From positions 3,600,001-3,632,000 of the forward strand of contig NC_009664.2 of NCBI RefSeq assembly GCF_000017305.1: a stretch of DNA of 32,000 bases, written 5' to 3'. The position numbers and the translations under genes were made by a program. The first letter of the stretch is position 1, and every line of letters starts with the position of its first letter. The notes beneath the pieces are model-generated. The model had not been told where the DNA came from. It made no database searches and saw only the letters and a list, made by a program, of their open reading frames with translations. Shown one piece after another: positions 26,420 through 32,000 of this stretch. Source of the stretch: Kineococcus radiotolerans SRS30216 = ATCC BAA-149. Lineage in GTDB: Bacteria; Actinomycetota; Actinomycetes; Actinomycetales; Kineococcaceae.

Positions 26420-27715
26420 CTACAACAGGTAGCGGTACAGCGGGTCCGTCGCCGAGATCCGCTCGAACGACGGGGGAGCGGCCTCCATCCGGGCCAGCAG
26501 CCCCGGCAGGTCGTCCTTGCCGGGGATCTCGATGCCCACCAGGGCCGGCCCGAACTCGCGGTTGTTCCGCTTGACGTACTCGAAGAGCGTGACGTCGTCG
26601 TCCGGGCCGAGCACCTCGTCGAGGAAGCGGCGCAGCGCACCGGGCTCCTGCGGGAACTCCACGAGGAAGTAGTGCTTGCGGCCCTCGTGGACGAGGGCCC
26701 GCTCGATGATCTCCGCGTAGCGGCTGATGTCGTTGTTGCCGCCGGAGACCACGCAGACCACGCTCTGGCCCGGTTCGACGCGGACCGCCTCCGCCAGCGC
26801 CGCCGTGGCCAGCGCCCCCGCGGGCTCGGCGATGATCCCGTCGGTCTGGTACATCGCCAGCATCTCCACGCAGATCGCCCCCTCGGGCACCGCGACGAGC
26901 TCCACCTCGTGACCGGCCACCACGGCGTGCGGGACGTCGCCGACGCGGCGGACCGAGGCGCCGTCGACGAAGGTGTCCAGGTGCTCCAGCCGCACCGGAC
27001 GACCGGCGGCCAGCGCCGCCGCCATCGAGGGCGCCCCCGCGGGCTCCACCCCCACGACCCGCACCTGCGGGTGCCGCTCGCGGACCCAGGCCAGCACCCC
27101 GGCCAGCAGCCCGCCCCCGCCGACGGGGACGACGACCACGTCCGGCGGGCCCTCGCCGAGCTGCTCGAGCTGCTCGAAGACCTCGACCGCGACCGTGCCC
27201 TGCCCCGCGACCGTCCGGGCGTCGTCGAAGGCGGGCACCATCGTCGCGCCGGTGCGCTCGGCGTCCTCGAGCGCCGCGGCGGCGGAGTCGTCGTAGGTGT
27301 CGCCCAGGACGATGGTCTCCACGAACTCCTGGCCCAGGGCGGCGATGCGGTCCCGCTTCTGGCGCGGGGTCGTGCGCGGCACGTAGATGCGTCCGCGCAC
27401 CCGCAGGGCCGCGCAGGCGTAGGCCAGGCCCTGGGCGTGGTTGCCGGCGCTCGCGGTGACCACCCCGCGCCCGCGCTGCTCGTCGGTGAGCTGGGAGACC
27501 AGGTTGTAGGCCCCGCGCAGCTTGTAGGAGCGCACGACCTGGAGGTCCTCCCGCTTGACGCGCACGTGCGCCCCCAGGGCGGCCGACCAGCGGGCGCTGG
27601 TGGCGAGGGGGGTGCGGGTCACGACCCGGGACAGCCGCTCGGCCGCCGCTTCGACGTCCGCCGCCCGGGGCGGTGCGTCGGGCGGGGCGGGAGCGGGCAC
27701 GGCATCGAGCGACAT
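26420..27715 (-). CDS. ilvA: threonine ammonia-lyase (threonine dehydratase), short form with one regulatory domain
   Basis: KREDLQVVRSYKLRGAYN (PLP lysine), SAGNHAQG, VPVGGGGLLAG and a C-terminal ACT-like segment. ATG 27715 lies within track ORF 26420..28342. Confidence 0.9.
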   Translation of the reverse strand: MSLDAVPAPAPPDAPPRAADVEAAAERLSRVVTRTPLATSARWSAALGAHVRVKREDLQVVRSYKLRGAYNLVSQLTDEQRGRGVVTASAGNHAQGLAYACAALRVRGRIYVPRTTPRQKRDRIAALGQEFVETIVLGDTYDDSAAAALEDAERTGATMVPAFDDARTVAGQGTVAVEVFEQLEQLGEGPPDVVVVPVGGGGLLAGVLAWVRERHPQVRVVGVEPAGAPSMAAALAAGRPVRLEHLDTFVDGASVRRVGDVPHAVVAGHEVELVAVPEGAICVEMLAMYQTDGIIAEPAGALATAALAEAVRVEPGQSVVCVVSGGNNDISRYAEIIERALVHEGRKHYFLVEFPQEPGALRRFLDEVLGPDDDVTLFEYVKRNNREFGPALVGIEIPGKDDLPGLLARMEAAPPSFERISATDPLYRYLL

Positions 27716-27851
27716 GGGGTCGATCCTGCCCGTCCCCGCCCGACCACCACCACCAGGGGTGGGTGGGGCCGAGCCTCTCAACGCGGGTGGGTGCGGGAGG
27801 TTCCGGACCGTCGTGTGATGTGGCGCACATCCGAGCGCCACGGGGTAGAAG

Positions 27852-27890
27852 AAAGGTGAGGCTGCCCTAGCATCGGCGAGGCTCACCTCA
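27852..27890. promoter_or_regulatory. two adjacent IdeR/DtxR-like iron-box candidates upstream of efeU
   Basis: AAAGGTGAGGCTGCCCTAG (27852-27870) and ATCGGCGAGGCTCACCTCA (27872-27890) each match 13 of 19 positions of TTAGGTTAGGCTAACCTAA. AGGTGAGGCT and AGGCTCACCT form an imperfect inverted pair. A TAGCAT -10-like hexamer lies at 27868-27873, 54 nt before the efeU start. Confidence 0.35.
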
Positions 27891-27926
27891 CTCCGGTGGG
27901 TCCCCGCCCGACCCGAGGAGCTGCCC

Positions 27927-28760
27927 GTGCTCGCCACGTTCGTCGTCGGACTGCGCGAGGGCCTCGAGGCCTCCCTGATCGTCGGCATCGTCGCCGCGTT
28001 CCTCGTCCAGCGCGGGGAGCGGCGCGCCCTGCGCCCGGTCTGGGCGGGGGTCCTGCTCGCCGTCGCGCTGTGCGTCGGCGCCGCCGCCGCCCTGCAGGCC
28101 GCCACCCGGCAGCTGCCCCAGCGCCAGCAGGAGCAGCTGGAGACCGTCCTCGCCCTGGCCGCCGTGGCGGTGGTCACGTACATGATCGTCTGGATGACCC
28201 GGCACGCCCGCTCGATGCGGGCCGACCTCGAGCACGCCGCCACCTCCGCGCTGGGCAGGGGGTCCTCCCGGGCGCTGGTCGCGATGGCCTTCCTCGCCGT
28301 CCTGCGCGAGGGGCTGGAGACCTCGGTCTTCCTCCTGGCCACGTACCGCGCCTCGGGCCGCCACGTCGAGGGCGCGCTCGGCGCCTCCCTCGGCCTCCTG
28401 CTGGCCGTCGCGCTGGGCTACCTGGTCTACCGCGGCGGCGTCCGCCTCGACCTCGGCCGGCTGTTCCGCGTCACCGGCGTCCTCCTCGTCCTCGTCGCGG
28501 CCGGGCTGGTCGTGTCCGCCGCCCACACGGCCCACGAGGCGGGCTGGCTGCTGGTCGGCCAGCAGCGCGCCCTGGACCTGTCCGCGCTGGTGGAACCCGG
28601 CACCGTCCGCGCCGCGCTGTTCACCGGCGTGCTCGGCTGGCAGCCGCGTCCCACCGTGGCCGAGGTCGTCGGCTGGCTCGCCTACGCGCTGCCCGTGCTC
28701 GTCGTCGTCCTGCGGCCCCGGGCCACCCCCACCCCCGCTCCCCGCTCCGTCCCCGCCTGA
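27927..28760 (+). CDS. efeU: FTR1/EfeU-family high-affinity iron permease
   Basis: Two REGLE motifs (VGLREGLEASL and AVLREGLETSV) and seven hydrophobic spans. GAGGAG lies 6 nt upstream of the GTG. Confidence 0.9.
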   Translation: MLATFVVGLREGLEASLIVGIVAAFLVQRGERRALRPVWAGVLLAVALCVGAAAALQAATRQLPQRQQEQLETVLALAAVAVVTYMIVWMTRHARSMRADLEHAATSALGRGSSRALVAMAFLAVLREGLETSVFLLATYRASGRHVEGALGASLGLLLAVALGYLVYRGGVRLDLGRLFRVTGVLLVLVAAGLVVSAAHTAHEAGWLLVGQQRALDLSALVEPGTVRAALFTGVLGWQPRPTVAEVVGWLAYALPVLVVVLRPRATPTPAPRSVPA

Positions 28761-28807
28761 CCCGCACCCCGCCCGGCCCCCGCGGCCGGCGTCCCGAAAG
28801 GCCACCC

Positions 28808-29965
28808 GTGTCCCGACCGCGCCTCCTGCTCGCCCTCGCGGCCAGCCCCCTCCTGCTCCTCGCCGCCTGCGGGGGCGGCGACGCCGGGGGCTCCTCCGAC
28901 GCGTCCGCCGCCGGGACGGTGCACGTCTCCCTCACCGACGACGGCTGCACCGCCGAGCCCAGCTCCGTCCCCGCGGGGTCGACCACCTTCGAGGTCGTCA
29001 ACGACGGCGCCGGTGCCGTCACCGAGGCCGAGCTGGTCAACGCCGGCGGCCGCATCGTCGGTGAGCGGGAGAACCTCACCCCCGGGCTGAGCGCCAGCTT
29101 CTCCCTGGACCTCGAGGCCGGCGACTACACCGTGCAGTGCCCGAACGCCGCGACCGAGAGCTCCCCGTTCACCGTGACCGGGGCGAGCGCCACCCCGTCC
29201 ACCACCGCGTCCGCCACCGGGGACCCCCTCTTCGCCGCCGCCACCCGCGGCTACCAGGACTACGTGCGGGCCCAGGTCGCCGACCTCGTCACCGCCACCG
29301 GCGCCTTCGCGGCCGCGGTCGAGGCCGGCGACGTCGAGCGGGCCAAGGCGCTCTACGGCCCGGCCCGCGCGCCCTACGAGCGCGTCGAACCCGTCGCCGA
29401 GAGCTTCGGGGACCTCGACCCGCTCATCGACGCCCGCGTGGCCGACGTCGAGGACCCCGCCACCTGGGGCGGCTTCCACCGCATCGAGCAGGCGCTGTGG
29501 GTCGACGGCACGACCGCGGGCATGACCCCGGTCGCCCGGGAGCTCGTCGCGCACGTCGCCGAGCTCGACGAGCTCGTGGCGACCACGACCTACCAGCCGG
29601 CCGACCTCGCCAACGGGGCCAGCGCCCTGCTCGACGAGGTCGCCGCCTCCAAGGTCACCGGGGAGGAGGAGGCCTACTCCCACCTGGACCTGCTCGACTT
29701 CGCCGCCAACGTCGAGGGCGCGCGCCGGGCCTTCGACCTGCTCACCCCCGCCCTGCAGGTGACCGACCCCGAGCTCGTCGCCGACCTGACGACCCGGTTC
29801 GACGCGGTCACCGCCTCCCTGGCGCCCTACCGGCAGGGCGAGAGCTACGTCTCCTACACGACCCTGTCCCCGGAGCAGGTGCGGATGCTCGCCACCGGGG
29901 TCGACGCCCTCGCCGAACCGCTCTCCACGGTGTCCGGCAAGGTCGTCGGCGCCGCGAGCCGGTGA
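28808..29965 (+). CDS. efeO: EfeO iron-uptake lipoprotein (cupredoxin-like N domain plus M75-like domain)
   Basis: A lipobox LLLAAC. The N domain reads [35 protein letters not shown]. The C domain has GFHRIEQALW (HxxE). Confidence 0.9.
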   Translation: MSRPRLLLALAASPLLLLAACGGGDAGGSSDASAAGTVHVSLTDDGCTAEPSSVPAGSTTFEVVNDGAGAVTEAELVNAGGRIVGERENLTPGLSASFSLDLEAGDYTVQCPNAATESSPFTVTGASATPSTTASATGDPLFAAATRGYQDYVRAQVADLVTATGAFAAAVEAGDVERAKALYGPARAPYERVEPVAESFGDLDPLIDARVADVEDPATWGGFHRIEQALWVDGTTAGMTPVARELVAHVAELDELVATTTYQPADLANGASALLDEVAASKVTGEEEAYSHLDLLDFAANVEGARRAFDLLTPALQVTDPELVADLTTRFDAVTASLAPYRQGESYVSYTTLSPEQVRMLATGVDALAEPLSTVSGKVVGAASR

Positions 29966-29972
29966 GGCCGGC

Positions 29973-31232
29973 GTGAACCCCGTCCGTCCCACCCGCCGCG
30001 GCGTCCTCACCGGCGCCGCGGTCGTCGGCGCGGCCGGCCTCGGCGCGGGCGCGAGCGCCCTCGCCGGGCGCGAGGCCGCCGCCACCCCCGGCGCCACGCG
30101 CACCGTGCCCTTCCACGGCGCGCGGCAGGCGGGCATCACCACCCCCGCCCAGGACTCCCTGGTCTTCGCCGCCCTCGACGTCACCACCAGCCGGGCCGGG
30201 GAGCTCGCCGACGTCCTGCAGCGCTGGAGCGAGGCCGCCGCGACGATGGCCACCGGCGCCCCGGTGGGCGGGCCCGGGGGGCTGGGCGGCGCGGCGGACG
30301 AACCGCCGCTGGACACCGGGGAGGCCCACGAGCTGCCCCCCGCCAACCTCACCGTGACCCTCGGGTACGGCCCGTCGCTGTTCGACGGGCGCTTCGGACT
30401 GGCCGGACGCCGCCCCGCGGCGCTGGAGGAGCTGCCCGCCCTGCCCGGGGAGCAGCTCGACCCGACCCGCTGCGGCGGCGACCTGTGCCTGCAGGCCTGC
30501 GCCGACGACCCCCAGGTGGCCTTCCACGCCGTCCGCAACCTGGTGCGCATCGGGCGCGGGGTGGTCGCGGTGCGCTGGGTGCAGCTGGGCTTCGGGCGCA
30601 CCGCGACGACCTCCGCGGGACAGCCCACCCCGCGCAACCTCATGGGCTTCAAGGACGGCACCGCCAACCTGCGGGCCGAGGACACCGCCGGGCTCGACCG
30701 CCACGTCTGGGTCGGCGGCGAGGGGGCGCCGGCGGCCGACCAGGAGTGGATGCGCGGCGGCACCTACCTCGTGGCCCGCCGCATCCGCATGCTCGTCGAG
30801 GCCTGGGACCGCGCCCCGCTGGGGGAGCAGGAACGCGTCATCGGGCGCGCCAAGGTCTCCGGGGCGCCGCTGACGGGCACCTCGGAGTTCGACCCCCCGG
30901 ACCTGGCCAGGACCTCCGCGACGGGGGAGCCGGTCATCGACGTCGCCGCGCACATGCGGCTGGCCGCCCCGGAGACCAACGGCGGCGCGAGGATCCTGCG
31001 CCGCGGGTACTCCTACACCGACGGTCTCGACCTCACCACCGGTCAGCTCGACGCGGGGCTGTTCTTCATCTGCTTCGGCAACGACCCGGCGTCGCAGTTC
31101 GTCGCCATCCAGCGCCGTCTCGGCGCGAGGGACGGACTCACCGAGTACCTCAAGCACACCGGTTCGGCGATCTTCGCCTGCCCGCCCGGCACCGCCGAGG
31201 GGGAGAGCTGGGGCCAGGGGCTCTTCACCTGA
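29973..31232 (+). CDS. efeB: EfeB, Tat-exported Dyp-type peroxidase/deferrochelatase
   Basis: Twin-arginine signal PTRRGVLTGAAVVGAAGLG, FHGARQAGI, and the Dyp GxxDG motif in MGFKDGTANL. Confidence 0.9.
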   Translation: MNPVRPTRRGVLTGAAVVGAAGLGAGASALAGREAAATPGATRTVPFHGARQAGITTPAQDSLVFAALDVTTSRAGELADVLQRWSEAAATMATGAPVGGPGGLGGAADEPPLDTGEAHELPPANLTVTLGYGPSLFDGRFGLAGRRPAALEELPALPGEQLDPTRCGGDLCLQACADDPQVAFHAVRNLVRIGRGVVAVRWVQLGFGRTATTSAGQPTPRNLMGFKDGTANLRAEDTAGLDRHVWVGGEGAPAADQEWMRGGTYLVARRIRMLVEAWDRAPLGEQERVIGRAKVSGAPLTGTSEFDPPDLARTSATGEPVIDVAAHMRLAAPETNGGARILRRGYSYTDGLDLTTGQLDAGLFFICFGNDPASQFVAIQRRLGARDGLTEYLKHTGSAIFACPPGTAEGESWGQGLFT

Positions 31233-31236
31233 CCCG

Positions 31237-31254
31237 CCCCCGGAGGACCGGGGG
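31237..31254 (+). terminator. hairpin after efeB
   Basis: CCCCCGG agga CCGGGGG (7 bp), 4 nt after the TGA. A second stem, GCCGCT cgt AGCGGC followed by TTCAAAAT, lies at 31295-31317. Confidence 0.4.
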
Positions 31255-31314
31255 GAGCTGGCGCGCCGGACCGGGAAGCGCCTCACGGCGCACGGCCGCT
31301 CGTAGCGGCTTCAA

Positions 31315-31354
31315 AATGGGACCCGGGGCTACCGCGGTCCGACGCCCTCCCATT
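31315..31354 (-). terminator. hairpin with a short U-run for the convergent right-hand gene
   Basis: On the minus strand, AATGGGA..(26 nt, internally GGACC/GGTCC)..TCCCATT is followed by TTGAA. It lies in the locally GC-poor convergent gap 31233-31397. Confidence 0.4.
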
Positions 31355-31397
31355 GTAACGACGTCGACGCCGCGGGCGCAGCCCCGAGGCCCGGGGA

Positions 31398-31973
31398 TCA
31401 GCCCAGTTCCCCGGCCCGCCAGCGCGCGGCGACGTGCTCGAGCTGCTCCGCGGTGCGGACCAGGCGCGCGGCCGAGCGGGTCAGCGAGGTGGCGGCGTCC
31501 TCCTCGGTGACCGGCAGCACCTGGTCGGCGTGGTGGGCGCGCCCCACGGCGAGGATCCGGGCGAAGGCCGCGGCGCGCTCCAGGGTGACGGCGAAGTCGC
31601 CCTCGGCCACCCCGCGCAGCACGGCGTCGACGACGGCGACGACCTCCGCAGGACCGGGCGGGTCGGCGACCCCGGCCACGACCTCCAGGACGGGGGCGTG
31701 GCGGCGGCCCTCCACGTACTGCCGGGAGACCGCCACGGGCTGGCGCTGGACCCAGGTCCGCAGGACGTAGAGCCGCCACAGCGCGCCGGCCAGGGAGTCC
31801 GCGGGGGCGTCGGCCCACAGGTCGGCGATGACCTCCAGCCCCTCGTCCTGGGCCAGGCGGACCACGCGGCGGGTCACCTCGGCGTCCTGGGCGGAGCGGG
31901 CGCCGTGCACTAGGGCGCTGGCCGCGGCGTGCGCGGCCTCCTGGACGGCGGAGGGGTCGACGCCGCCGGCCAT
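31398..31973 (-). CDS. conserved hypothetical protein (may extend beyond the right edge)
   Basis: GC3 is high throughout and the protein is helical and Ala/Val-rich (..LWRLYVLRTWVQRQP..). There is no in-frame stop between 31973 and the window end and no clear RBS before ATG 31973, so the true start may lie outside the window. No family was recognised. Confidence 0.55.
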   Translation of the reverse strand: MAGGVDPSAVQEAAHAAASALVHGARSAQDAEVTRRVVRLAQDEGLEVIADLWADAPADSLAGALWRLYVLRTWVQRQPVAVSRQYVEGRRHAPVLEVVAGVADPPGPAEVVAVVDAVLRGVAEGDFAVTLERAAAFARILAVGRAHHADQVLPVTEEDAATSLTRSAARLVRTAEQLEHVAARWRAGELG

Positions 31974-32000
31974 GGAGACGATCGCGTCGTCGCCGGGCAG

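Noticed and set aside
24537-27900. Integrated prophage or ICE next to the tRNA
   Set aside because: There is no integrase, recombinase, replication or structural gene. There are no flanking direct repeats and no visible shift in base composition or codon bias. It is kept only as a low-confidence origin hypothesis for the small-ORF string.
23314-31286. Shadow ORFs 23314..24408 (-), 23532..26099 (+), 25420..26574 (+), 25655..27859 (+), 26367..27830 (-), 27888..28805 (-), 28682..30763 (-), 29808..31286 (-) and 30485..31510 (+)
   Set aside because: They are antisense or off-frame to the diiron enzyme, the small-ORF string, ilvA and efeUOB. Their GC3 is lower than in the chosen frames, and their products are low-complexity.

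Overview
This is a very GC-rich window (by eye about three quarters G+C, with codon position 3 almost always G or C). It looks like a core chromosomal segment of a high-GC actinobacterium. All family calls come from motifs read in the translations; no database search was possible. The high GC produces many long shadow ORFs in the supplied track, and most of those are rejected below.

Gene content, left to right:
- a partial aldo/keto reductase divergent from a LysR regulator
- leuA, preceded by a candidate Leu-codon leader ORF
- a GGDEF diguanylate cyclase
- recO
- a histidine phosphatase
- uppS
- ppc
- a short HU protein
- a Zur-like Fur-family regulator
- glycine-tRNA ligase
- a BenE-type transporter
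- a LacI regulator with a perfect 28-bp double operator
- usp-dus-dgt, joined by overlapping stop/start codons
- a CoA-binding protein coupled to metY
- dnaG
- tRNA-Asn
- a three-gene cassette (MTQ2/HemK-like methyltransferase, CDGSH Fe-S protein, heme-oxygenase-like diiron enzyme)
- a CAT-anticodon tRNA
- a run of small function-unknown ORFs (Cys-rich/coiled-coil, DUF6221-like, DUF4236-like, Pro/Arg-rich, thioredoxin-like) downstream of ilvA
- efeUOB, with IdeR-like iron boxes
- a conserved hypothetical at the right edge

No rRNA, CRISPR array, transposase or integrase was seen.

The best candidate for an undescribed system is the tRNA-bracketed, translationally coupled methyltransferase/CDGSH/diiron-oxidase cassette at 22480-24414. 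The second candidate is the small-ORF string at 24670-26370.
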